Below are positions 52,860 through 64,000 of a DNA stretch of 64,000 nucleotides, piece after piece (position 1 is the stretch's first letter; every line of letters starts with the position of its first letter). A program made the translations under genes and the position numbers. The DNA is from Cycas panzhihuaensis (lineage: Eukaryota > Plantae > Cycadophyta), in NCBI GenBank assembly GCA_023213395.1, contig CM041465.1:131943741-132007740 (forward strand). Reading direction: 5' to 3'. The notes below the pieces were generated by a model. It saw nothing but the letters and a program-made list of their open reading frames with translations, made no database searches and was not told the origin of the DNA.

Positions 52860-53337
52860 TGTGTGCTGTAAGATTATGTTGGTTATGGCATAATCAAAGG
52901 TTGGGTAGATCGAAGGAAGACAGTTGCAACCAGATAGTTGCAACATAAATAGAAGAAGTCGAAACAAGAAAAGTAGTCACATTTTGAGTGGGCAAGCAAC
53001 TGGAAGTTGACATTCTTGGGTTGAAAGCAGTTGCAACCAACCATAGAACTACAGTTACCTTCAAGTAATTAATGGTCGCGAAAGTGAAATAAATATGGAA
53101 GGATTTTTGTAATGTGTGTGTGTACGTATGTATATGTAATTGTGGAAGAAATACAGAGCGCCACACATTTATACAGTTGTAATCAAAAGCTTGTGTGTAC
53201 TGTATCCGTACGAATCCTATGTATTGTTTTGGGTTTGGATTTGGTTGTGAGAGAACTAGATGCAACCTGTCATTAATGGAATGATTATGGTTTATGCTCA
53301 TTTGATGGATTGGTGTATGTTCCTTAAGTCTGTCACA
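52860..53337 (+). repeat. Candidate 3' LTR of the gypsy element
   Basis: Begins TG directly after the PPT; candidate end ...TGTCACA; contains GTTGCAAC motifs like the array. No partner LTR to confirm the right end. Confidence 0.55.
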
Positions 53338-55046
53338 TGATAGAACCAATTAGAATACCTATTGTTTCTCTTGTGCCTACTTGTTAGTGTATGCATAGAA
53401 GAATGTAATAAGTAGAAGCACATAGGCATGCAACAAAAGGATTCTTCTTCATCTCTTTTGGTTCACCATTAACAAGAAGATCTCAATGAGGTAATAGCTA
53501 GAGGGTGTTGTGAAGAGACTACTAGGTGATGGGTGTTAAGTAGGCCATCAAGCCAAAAAGACAAGTAGGGTATTAAAACAAAATGATGTCATAAAAACAT
53601 AAAGATTACTAGCAAAGAGTATAGAGATAAGTACCTTCCTAATTTTATCCTCAAAAGAGAATTAGTTAGTTTATTTATTTATTGAAATTTATCTACAACA
53701 ATAAGTATATTTATTTATATATTTTTGGTCTCTATATATAAATTTTCTAAAACAAAGGGCCAAAGAGAGGCCATATGGTTGCATTTATGGCAAGTCTGTA
53801 CGACTAAAGTTGAGTTGCATATAGCTATAGGTACAAGAGAGCTTATGACCTCATAAAGGCACTATGTGGTTGGTATAATGATAGGTGATATGGTTACCTA
53901 GTAAGTTTCTACAACTATATAGTAGGCCATAATTTAGATCGTACAATTGTATGTGTAGATCATATGGTGGAAGTATATTTAGGTCATACAATTGTGTATA
54001 CAGGCTATACGACGAATGAAATTGACAAGTTGTGAAACCTTACTTTTGATAGAAAATGGACAATATATCCATGATAGGAAATTTGTTCTTAAAGTCTAAT
54101 TTTCGCAATAAATTCATGGCTCAAACTTAGTGATTATGCCTATCCTTTTAACCTTTGCAATTCTATCCTAAAACAATATTTATACCTATATGTTCTAAAC
54201 CCCCACTATAGGGCATGAAGTTGTGTGTATGCCAAATTATATTTATGGTGAATGAACTCTACATTGGAGTTGAGATAAATGGCTGAAATATAATCTCATT
54301 CATGGCTTAATAGCAATTCATTAATGATGGGGATCCATGTATGATGAACTTTTAGTATGCATATTGTTGAGGCCAACATGCATATTAATGGTCAGAAATG
54401 AAAATATAGGTGGCTGGAATTTTATGACAACAGTATAATTGTTTTATGGCTAAGCTTAATCCCCTTGTGTAGCTACGAAAATTTGCCCCTACAGTGTGCT
54501 TGATGTCTGTGCTTATTCTCCATTGTAAAATCCTCGTTTTTAGGGTTAATATTTGATTAAATAGTTTTGTTGTGTTGAATAAAATAACTATGACTATTAA
54601 TGCCTTTGTCTTGCTTTCATTATGGAAACTTTCATTGTGGAAATAAAAAATGTCAAAAGTATGCATGATTAATTTTATGGCTTTCAAATGCATATGTATG
54701 GTTAGTTTGTTGTTATATGATGAATTTTATCAAAAATTATATTTATTCTTTGGTTATTACCATTGTGATGACGACACAAACATTAATGAGAAGGCCATGG
54801 TTGAGAGAAAATGATATGAAGAGTTGCAAATAAGGATTAGCCTAAGTTACATTGTTGCATTATATTATCTAGGGTTTAATGGTGGCTTCCGAGTAAGTGT
54901 AGGGATGTCATTGTAAGGACTATAAGGCCTTTATGGATTGATGGATCTAATGGATTGGATCTACTGTGGACTTTCCATAGGTTAACTCCATGGCGAGGCA
55001 CCCTAGGGATGGGAATATGTATCACAACCCTATAAAGTGATAATTG

Positions 55047-58000
55047 TGAAAGGGGATGGAGGTCTACCTGGTTTCAGCCTAGGTTCAAGACTCATAGCAT
55101 CCGCCAAAACATTCAACACAATAATCAAACACAAAGTAAGGAATTGGTCACAATGCTCTAATGTTGTATTGCATTAACATTAACTCATAAAATCAAAGAT
55201 ACATGATATAATAAAGAGTACATGAAAAGCCTTGCACAAGAAACTAAAAGAGGTTGCTACAAAGTATTGAGAATATTAATGTAGGATCATGCAAGGTGAC
55301 AATTGGCATCTTGCATGATTAAACTAACTTATGACTATTACATACAAGGACAAAATCAGCCCCACACAACCAGGTTCACAACATTAAGTTGTGACTAAAT
55401 CCATTTACATTAATGAAGCCCTTAACATAAAACATAAACAAACATTACATTAATGATACAAATGATCCTTTGATGAATTAATGAAATACATCATTAATTC
55501 TTGTATCACCCTCCCTTAATGATGAGTTCCTTAATTCTGACCCCGAGGTCAAGTTGAAACCTTTCGAATTTGTCGTGTGAGAGTGCTTTTGTGAAGATAT
55601 TTGTAATATAATCTTCGGTAAGCTTGTAGATTAAATCAATCTCACCATCTTGTACATGTTCCCTGATGAAGTGATGGTGAACCTCGATATGTTTGGTTTT
55701 AGCATGGAATACAAGATTCTTGGTCAATTTGACAACACTTTGATTGTCACAAAACAATGATGTTGCTTGTGTTTGACTGATTCCAAGCTCTTCAAGAATC
55801 CTTCTATGCTAGATAGCCTCAACAACTGCATTAATGATGGCTTTATACTCAACTTCAGTTGAAGATAGTGTGACATTAGGCTGTTTTTTGTAGGACCATG
55901 AAACTGAAGCAGAACCCAGGTTAAAACAATAGCCTAAGGTTGATATATGACTATCTTTGCATCCAACCCAATTTTCATCTGTGTATCCTGTTAATAAAGG
56001 ATTTTCCACATGATAGTAATCAAGTCCAAATTGAAGAGTACCTCGAAGATATTTCAGGATCCTCATTGTTGTTTTCTAATATGAAATTTTGGGCTGTGTC
56101 ATGAACCTAGAGCAGATTCCAATGACATAGGCAATGTTTGGTCGAGCATGAGTGAGGTAAATTAATTTCCCCACAAGTTGTCTATACAACGTTCGGTCCA
56201 CAGGTTTTTCATGCTCATCAATGTCCAATTTCAGACCTGTCTCCATAGGAGTTGGCGATGGTTTACATTTGTCCATCTTGTATTTTTGAAGAATTTCCTT
56301 TACATATTTTGATTGTGAAAGGAAAATATGGCCTAGCTCCTGCGAGACTTCCATGCCAAGAAAATAATAGAGCAACCCGAGGTTAGTCATCTCAAAGTTG
56401 CTTTTCAGTTCTCCCTACAGATATGTAATCCACTCTATGTCATTGCTAGTTATCAACAAATCATCGACATAAAGTATGACTAGAGTGATCAAACCATTAT
56501 GGATTCTGATATACAGATTTGAATCTGAAGATGAGCGGATGAGTCCATGCTTCTGAAAGTATTCATCAATCTTTGCATACCAAACATGAGGTGATTGTTT
56601 AAGGCCATACAATATTTTTTTTAGTTTGCAAACTAGGTGTTTTTATCCACAAACAGCAAAGTTGAAAGATTGATTTATGTAGATTTCATCGTGTAAGTCA
56701 CCATTTAAGAAGGCGCTTTTTACATCCATCTAGTATACATGCCACTTGAATTGAGCTGCAAGTGCCAAAACAAGCTTGACAGTGGTCATGTTGGCAACTG
56801 GTGCAAATGTGTCATCATAGTCAATACCTTCAACCTGTTTGAAACCTTTGGTAACCAAATGGGCTTTATGTCGCTGAATGGAGCCATATGCATGAAATTT
56901 TGTTTTATAAATCCATCTACAATCAATCGGTTTCTTTCCTCCATGCAGCTCAACAAGCTCCCAAGTATCATTTTGTAGGATAGAATCCATTTCTTTAGTC
57001 ATTGCTGTTTGCCATTTTGGATCTGCAACAACTTCCTCAAGAATAGAGGTTTCAGGAGCTAACGACACTTTTGCCGTTAAGGCGAAGTTAGTGGATGACC
57101 TGTATTTTGATTGTCTCTTCGCTTGTTGTAGTGGTGAAGGAGCAAAAGAGATTGTCTGCATGTAACATTTGGGCAACCATTTCGAAGTAGCCTCATCTTG
57201 AATATCCTTTGAACGACTGATAGGTGTAGATGTAGATGTAGAGGCAGGTGGTGTAGACGAGGAACTGGGAGTAAATGTTGATGCTGGAGGTATGTATTCT
57301 GGAGGAACATTTTGTGGAGCAGGAGGAGCAACTGGTGCTTTATTTGATCGATCATCAAAGAACGAAATCTGATTGATGTCCACATCTTGGTTCTCTTCTA
57401 AGAATATGACATCTTGAGGTGTATGCATTTGGTTGGTGGTAGGATCATACAATTTATACGCTTTGTAGTTAGGTTGATAACCAATAAAGATACATTTTTT
57501 GCTCTTATCATCCAACTTTTTTCTCTGTTCTTTTGGTATGAGCATATACACTGTACAACCAAAAGTATGTAAATATGAGACCGTAGGTTTTTGACCTGAC
57601 CAGGCCTCCTCGGGAGTAATGTTCAATGCAGCCTTGGTAGGACTTTTGTTTGTGAGATAAACTGCTATATGAAGGACTTCAACCCAGAATTGAAGTCCTA
57701 AACTCTTGGTAGCAAGCATGGCTTTGCCTTTGCTGGCCAAGATCCGATTCATTCGCTCAACAACTTCATTTTGCTAAGGGGTATATGGGGCGGAAAACTG
57801 CCGTTTGATGCTATTATCATTGCAGAATTGGGTGAACTCATTTGAAGTGTATTCACCTCCATTATCACAACGAAGGACTTTTAGTGGCCTTCTAGATTAA
57901 ATTTCTGGGCCATGCTTAAACTCTTTGAATTTGTCAAAGCCTTTTGATTTTTGCTTCATGAAATATACCCAAACTTTTTTGGAGTAGTCATCAATGAATG

Positions 58001-59900
58001 TGATGAAGAAGCGACAACCTCCAAAGGATCCCTTAGACATGGGCCTGAAGATGTCTGAATGTACTAGGCCTAAAGGTTTCATGGCACATCAAGCTCTCCC
58101 ATTTGACCTAAAAGGAGCCCAATGATGTTTGCCCATTATATAGGCCTCACAAATACACTTATTCTCCTTTATGTTCGGTATGCCATGCACCATATTCAAT
58201 CTATAGAGCAGATGAAGGTTGCCCATATTCAAGTGACCTAGGTGTTGATGCCATAACTGGTCTTTTGGAATCTTAGGAGCAATATATTTCTGAGAAGCAA
58301 ATTGATCATCTGAATTTGATGTTGAAGTAGAAGGATCAGAAGTTGAAGCTAAATTGCTACAAGAACTGAATTTCTATGTGTGGATCAATGGTTTGGTCAC
58401 ATCATCAAGCTTGTATAGTCCTTGATCTTCGTATCCTAAGGCAATTAAGTTGCCATTCAGATCTGTAATTAGGCATTTTCTAAGATGGCTAAACAAAATA
58501 TCAAAGTTTTGTTTATTTATTTGGTTAATTGAAAGTAAGTTGCGTGTCATGCCAGGTACGTAAAACACATTGTTGAGATGATGAGTGTCAAAATTCTTTA
58601 GTGAGATAGGAACATTGCTAATTTTGGCAACCTCTAAAGCACCATCATCTCTAAAAGTGACATTGATCCTTATTTGGTCTTGTATCAGTAAGGAGTTCTT
58701 CCGAACCCGTCATGTGTTGAGAGGCACCTGAATCGATCAACCAAGGGACGTCAAAACGATGAGATGACAAAGCAACAAAGAAAAGATTCTAAGAGTCAGC
58801 CATGTGGCCTCCTTGGTTTTGTCTCTGGTTGCGATTTCTATTCTGTTGGTTCCTCCGAGGAGTATTTTGATTTTGTCTCCTTGGTCCTTGGTAGTTTGGC
58901 TGATTCTATCTCTGAGGTCCCTGATAATTTCCACATCCACGAGTTTGATTACCCCGCATAGCAAGGCGGTTTTGAAACTGTTGTTGCTGAAGGTCAGCTC
59001 TCTTTTTCCTGCAGTTTGGTGTTATGTGACTAGGTTTGCCACAATAGTGACAAATAACCTGAGGATTATAAGATGGTGGAGGCTAACGTGGCTGATATAA
59101 CTGTTGATTAAGCTATTGGTTCAAATTCATTGAACCAAACTGATGTGTCAACTGTGGATGTTAAGGTCTTCCTCTATGTCTGGCTACAAATGCTAGTGTG
59201 GAAGAGGAAGCATGTGGATTCCCTTAATGGTTCAAAATGCATTCTTCTTGGAGCAATAAACTTCAAATATATTAAAATCAATGGTAGCAAGTCGATCTGT
59301 ATGTGACAGATTGGATATGAGGGAGTTATAACTAGGTGGCAAAACATTAATAATGCAGGATACAAGGTCACTATCCTTTGGTGGCTAGCCCATAACTGTC
59401 AATTGGTTTTTAATCACCTTAATCTGGGACAAGTGAGCTGCTATAGATCTTGCAAATGAATGTAGAAAAGCTGGGCTTTGAGCATCATTGCCTTGGCATT
59501 GTCCTTCCTCTCATAGAGTGCACAGATGATGTTCCAAGTGTCTGCAGAGGTAGGGGCAAGTTCTATATTCTGGTTGACATTATCCTCACAAGACATGTGA
59601 AGAAAAGAAAGGGAAACTTCGTCAAACTCCTTAAAGACAACTACAACATCAGGATCAGGAGGAATAAGGTTAGTAGGATCATTAGGATCTTTAGTGGGAA
59701 CTGGCATAGGAATTTTTTCAGAAACAGAAGGCCAAAGTTTGTTTATAATCAGAATATTCTTGACTAGTTTCTTCCAAGCCAAGAAATTATCATTGCCAGA
59801 TAGTTTGATAATATTAGTTGCAATCATCTGAAGTGCCATGATGTCAGATATGTGTTCTGTCTACCTAAAAAGGTGATCTAATCTAGGATCTAAGTCTTAA
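55047..59900 (-). mobile_element. Ty1/copia, Ivana-like, related to 34558-42295; 3' LTR present, 5' LTR not found
   Basis: PPT AAGGGAGGG (55509-55517, minus strand) followed by an LTR starting TGA at 55508; candidate LTR 55047-55508; complete but disabled gag-pol. Confidence 0.88.
55506..59839 (-). pseudogene. Copia gag-pol polyprotein
   Basis: MALQMIATNIIKLSGNDNFLAWKK; FIDDYSKKVWVYF; NDTWELVEL; LYVDDLL; MTNLGLLYYFLGMEV; KTKHIEVHHHFIRE. Confidence 0.93.
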
Positions 59901-60500
59901 TGTCTCCACTCTTAAACAACCCCTAGTAGTTGAGACGATCCTATCGGAAGGCGTACTTGCTCACAAGTGGCAACTTGGGGACCCAATATACCTGAAGGTA
60001 CACGGTCACTATAGAAGGCTTGACTGCCCCTCGACACCATTGACCCACCTGTGCCAGATTTATGGCTTGAATGACAGATCCTAATTGAAGAGTTGAAGCG
60101 ACCTCTTTCAGAATCTGGCCGACTTCTATGTACTAGCTATGACCGACTTCTTATGGTTATGCTGGGTGCATTCCTCCCTGCTCTGGTCGACTTCATTATG
60201 TCCTAGTTTGTGCCCCTATATATAGGGACTTTGAGGTCATTCCATATCATCCATTTGTGAACTATTCCCTCCTTATTTTCGGCCTTAAGGCAATTGCAGA
60301 TTTTCAGCCTTAGGGCTGCAAATTCTGAGGAGGATCCCTGCCTCGAAGGGTCTTGTGGTTGTTGCAAGCAGTACTGGTACTCTCTTGGATCTCTATTTGT
60401 ATTTTGTAACATTTTGGCATCATATTTTCCAATATTTGTACTTGATTTATATTTGGAGATATAATTTTTGGGTATTTTATATACAGAAGGTGTCAGCCAT

Positions 60501-60600
60501 CTGTGAATTCGCTCTATTTTGTTCTATTATTTGTGGACTCTCTCTATTTTGTTCTATTTTCTGTGAATTCGCCCTATTTTGTTCTATTTTCTGTTCAATT
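60501..60600. repeat. 30-bp tandem repeat, about 3.3 copies
   Basis: CTGTGAATTCGCTCTATTTTGTTCTATTAT-type units at 60501, 60531, 60561 and a partial at 60591. Confidence 0.9.
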
Positions 60601-60609
60601 GGGTAAATG

Positions 60610-60992
60610 ACCACTTGTAACCAACCGTTACACCAAAACTTGGAGGTGTTAGTGAAAAGGCCCCCACCCTCCAAGTAGACCATTACCTCCCCTTGGGTCA
60701 TATGGGCTAGCCCTGCGTAGCCCCGCTTTCATTGGCGTTCATATGCCCCACATGCCCCGATTGTGATGGCGTTTTGCACATTGATGACGTTTGGCGCATC
60801 ACCCCGTCGCCGCCATAAACGGCGTTGCCCCCATGGGATTCGAACCCGCGTCTTGGCTCTGATACCACTTGTAACGAACCGTTACACCAAAACAACACAC
60901 TTACAACCAAGGCGCTTACCTCCTCTGGGTCTAGCTTGGTCTCCAAACTCCAAGGTTTTGGGTATAAACACATCAACTTGTCACTAATTACA
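60610..60992 (-). mobile_element. TRIM-like miniature LTR element with dissimilar LTRs
   Basis: Perfect PBS TGGTATCAGAGCCA (60854-60867); PPT AAGGGGAGG (60686-60694); candidate LTRs 60870-60992 and 60616-60685; 30-bp direct repeat 60610-60639 / 60864-60893; non-coding ~160-bp interior. Confidence 0.7.
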
Positions 60993-61845
60993 TCTGATAG
61001 CTAATGGGCTTCTCTAATATCCGCAGAATTCTAGAAGGACCAATAGTGTGTGTGGAGTGGTAACTTCATGGTTCCTAACCATTCCCCTTGCAAGGTTAGT
61101 ACTTGGGTGGTTCATTTGGTATTCATCTTTTTAATGTTTTGATTGATTTTTAAAAAGATTTTGTAATTAATGGATTCATTTTTATGTTTTAAGTAGAAAA
61201 AACAGAAAAAGCCTTTAAAAAATTGAAAAACTGCCTAGAATAGATTAGAAATAGGCCTCAAAAAGCTTTAAAAACGATTAGAAAACAACTTTAGGTTAGG
61301 GATCTATATCAAAAATGGAATATTTTATGAATATACTAATTTATATTACCTAAAGTTTTTTAAACTTTATAAAAATTAAATCGGGCAGTATGAACATGAA
61401 AAAACAACGTGACAGATTGAATACGGGAGATTGGATCTCTCTACAGAAGCAACGGAATTTTGATTTGTCTTCTCCACTGTAAAGATAACTCTGCTAGGGT
61501 CAAGATTAAGTGGTCATATGATATAGTTTCTCTAGTTCAGCAATATGCAAGAATCAAATGAAGTCAGCAACAGTGTCTCAGTCCTCAGTTCACTGCAAAT
61601 TCAATGAGATTGGAGCAAAATAACATTTTGTTCGCCTATGTTTCAAGTCTAAATCACTTTTGAGTAGCCTCTGAATCTTCACACAAAGATTAACACTTAG
61701 GAGCACGCAAATAGCAATGAGCATCCACTAAATTATCAAGGAAGGCTAGATATGAAAAACGCCACTGTGTAGAGGTTGCGTAGGAGCTTAAACAGGTCCA
61801 CGAAGGGGCCAACAACCACACAGGAGATTAAATAGGGCTAAGCAG

Positions 61846-64000
61846 TGTTGGAATATTAGTAATGCACATTTGTTTATCCCACATGCATGTGGGTCCCACT
61901 CTCTCTATCATGTCATGTATTATAAATACACATAGTGTGTATCATATGATGTATCAATTGTAAAGATGTTTTGTTAATACAATTTGAGCCACCTTAAGGG
62001 TACCATTCGATCTTGAAGGTGTTTGTTTTTGTTTGCGAATTCTATCTTATTGCAGGTTTTATTTCTAACATGGTATCAGAGCTAAGGTGAAGTGAGCTTG
62101 AGCAAGGTGAACGCTGGTTGAGCAAGGCGTTGGTTGATGAAAACCTAATTTTGGTGTGTGAGGAGGTTCTCGTTTTTTGTTCAATAATGCCCACTCCTCT
62201 TGCAACCATTGTTGAGCATGTAGAAGCCCTATGATTGTAAAAGGATACGGATCACGTCACCGTTGAAGCGAACGCAGTAAGTCTGTTCAGTTCTATTTGA
62301 AGATGTTGTCGTGTTTCGTTCGCCCCTTACTATTTTGTTCTATTCTGTCTGCATGAAAAGGAGAGTATGAGCCTTTGCATTATTTGCATGTACGAACTTC
62401 GCTATCATGAAGAAACCCTAATCTAGAAGAAATAGTTTGGGTCTGTTTTCATTTCATTCCTATGTTCATTTGCGCTCTATATTATGCCCTAATTTGTGAT
62501 CATTAATGAACATGCCAGACGAATGTATGCCAACCGTATACATGCAAACACCCTTATGTGTGTTGATTTGATCGCTGGTCTGCATGTTCCCATCGCTGTT
62601 CTATATTCTGCATGATATTATAAAATGGCTGCCCTTTGGTGTATTTGTGCGTACTGCGTGATGATTATATAGCTGTTGTACAATGTATACTCTATCTACC
62701 AATGTGATTAATGTCGTTGTGTTGATTTGTTTATTTGTAAAATCGCTTGAACATCTGATTATATTGTTGCTGCCGCCATTGATAATTGATAATTACAGTC
62801 GCTTGTGAACATTTTTGCATGTTTATATTCTATCGCCGGTACCCTTCGTGTATAATTGTTCGCCCAATGAAGTTTTTGCAACCATCGTTTCCATATGCAG
62901 ATTCGCTAGTTTGATATTACAGCCATGATATTTTGAATATGCAACCGCCATTGCCCATATGTATTTGATAATTATATGGTTGCAATTTATTTGCCATTTT
63001 AGTTTCCATTCATGTTTATATCATGTGATATGAAAAAATCACCATTCGCGCGACATGTATATATATATATATATATATAAGCAACCGCATCTCTTTTGGA
63101 CATTCTGCTCTATCAAATCCGAATTATCTACTCGTCCTGCATTATCGGTGCCTTTGGCCACGACAGAAACCTCCAAAATCAGATTTCCAGAGTTGCTTAA
63201 GCTAGACAAGTATGAGACTTGTGGAGGCTGCAGATCAACAGTTGACTGTTAACTTGTCTAGGAATCTAATGCCTATACTTCTTAGAGTGCTAGTTCATTA
63301 GAAGGTGTGTTGGTATAGCAATATATGCTATATATTGATTAGCATTTTGTTTGAGTGGTTTTCAGCAGCATTGGTGTATACATGTAAAGTCTCTTGAGCT
63401 TGATTTTTGGCTCCCTTGAGCATAACGGCATGTGGATTAGAAGAGATTGACAAGCACGTAGATAAACAATGTTGGTTGCAGTGTTTTTTGAAAATCATTT
63501 CTTTGGCATCTTTCAGCCACATTTGTTAATAATATGTTTGTTTCTTTGAGTGTTTTGTTGGCATGAGATGAGCTGCTTCATATGAGATCCGTTAGAGGCA
63601 AAGTATTGTCTGGGGAAAGGAGGGACTTGTTGAGAGTCATGTGAAGGTCTGAGAAGGACTGTTGGATGTTAATTCACATGGGAAAGAACTTTCTAGATAG
63701 CTTAGTGTACCAGTTTCTTTGAAGATATGATGGATGCAAATGGAATATTGGCTAATAAGTGGTTTGTAAAATTGATCAGATCTCTTTCAGCTTAATGCAT
63801 GTATCTAGCCATGATTTGCAGTCTTTGAATACGCATGCAGTTTGCTCGTACGCCTTTTGATTTAGATTTGCGTTTTTATACTGTTTGCCAAAGTCGCCCA
63901 GTTATTTATTTTATGACACAAATATGGATATATATATTGGTAGTCGTTTTCTTCGGCTTGTATGTATAGTGTCGCTGTGATGATATATATGCCACCGCGT
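61846..64000 (+). mobile_element. 5' end of an LTR retrotransposon (probably copia): 225-bp LTR, PBS and long non-coding leader continuing beyond the window
   Basis: TGTTG...TAACA at 61846-62070 with TATAAA at 61921, directly followed by PBS TGGTATCAGAGC (62071-62082); no gag ORF reached by 64000. Confidence 0.75.
63058..63079. repeat. (TA)11 microsatellite
   Basis: Read directly from the sequence. Confidence 0.95.

Larger units (their letters stand above)
43269..53337 (+). mobile_element. Non-chromovirus Ty3/gypsy (Athila/Phygy/Selgy-type organisation; no additional RNase H seen), degenerate; no matching 5' LTR found
   Basis: gag-PR-spacer-RT-RH-INT, then tandem array, extra ORF, PPT (GGGGGAGA at about 52852-52859) and candidate 3' LTR. 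Confidence 0.85.

Noticed and set aside
60824-60896. Functional tRNA gene
   Set aside because: Anticodon-position arm is a 4-bp stem with a 6-nt loop made of the PBS, the acceptor stem has three G-U pairs, and it is embedded in a TRIM. Reported as a mimic only.
60854-60992. PBS and LTR as the 5' end of the copia at 55047-59900
   Set aside because: No similarity to that element's 3' LTR (55047-55508); they belong to the TRIM-like element.
61100-61390. Possible MITE
   Set aside because: Terminal inverted repeats too weak and no TSD identified.

Overview
This window is plant repetitive DNA (large-genome land plant; gymnosperm- or fern-like by element types, which is an inference) made almost entirely of nested, decayed retrotransposons. 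I found no intact host gene, rRNA, true tRNA gene or CRISPR array. From left to right: (1) a minus-strand L1-clade LINE interrupted by a complete Reina-like Ty3/gypsy chromovirus (2517-9003, TSD AATCC); (2) unassigned AT-rich DNA and a CpG-rich island; (3) a truncated relative of the chromovirus; (4) a minus-strand non-chromovirus gypsy split by a complete Tork/Tnt1-like copia (23416-28672); (5) an Ivana-like copia fragment; (6) a gypsy gag split by a complete Ivana-like copia (34558-42295); (7) a long plus-strand non-chromovirus gypsy (gag-PR-RT-RH-INT, tandem array, extra ORF, 3' LTR); (8) a minus-strand Ivana-like copia; (9) a TRIM-like element; (10) the 5' end of another LTR element running out of the window. 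The most unusual observations are: tandem capsid-like domains between protease and RT in two diverged gypsy elements; an orphan integrase GPY/F module in frame with a gag N-terminus; a ~50-copy phased GGTTGCAACC palindrome array with a 65-bp higher-order repeat beside an accessory ORF; a tRNA-mimic with Pol III A/B boxes built across a TRIM LTR-PBS junction; and a copia with ~99% identical LTRs but a heavily disabled polyprotein and a hairpin-rich 2.5-kb leader. All translations, alignments and counts were done by eye and need computational confirmation.
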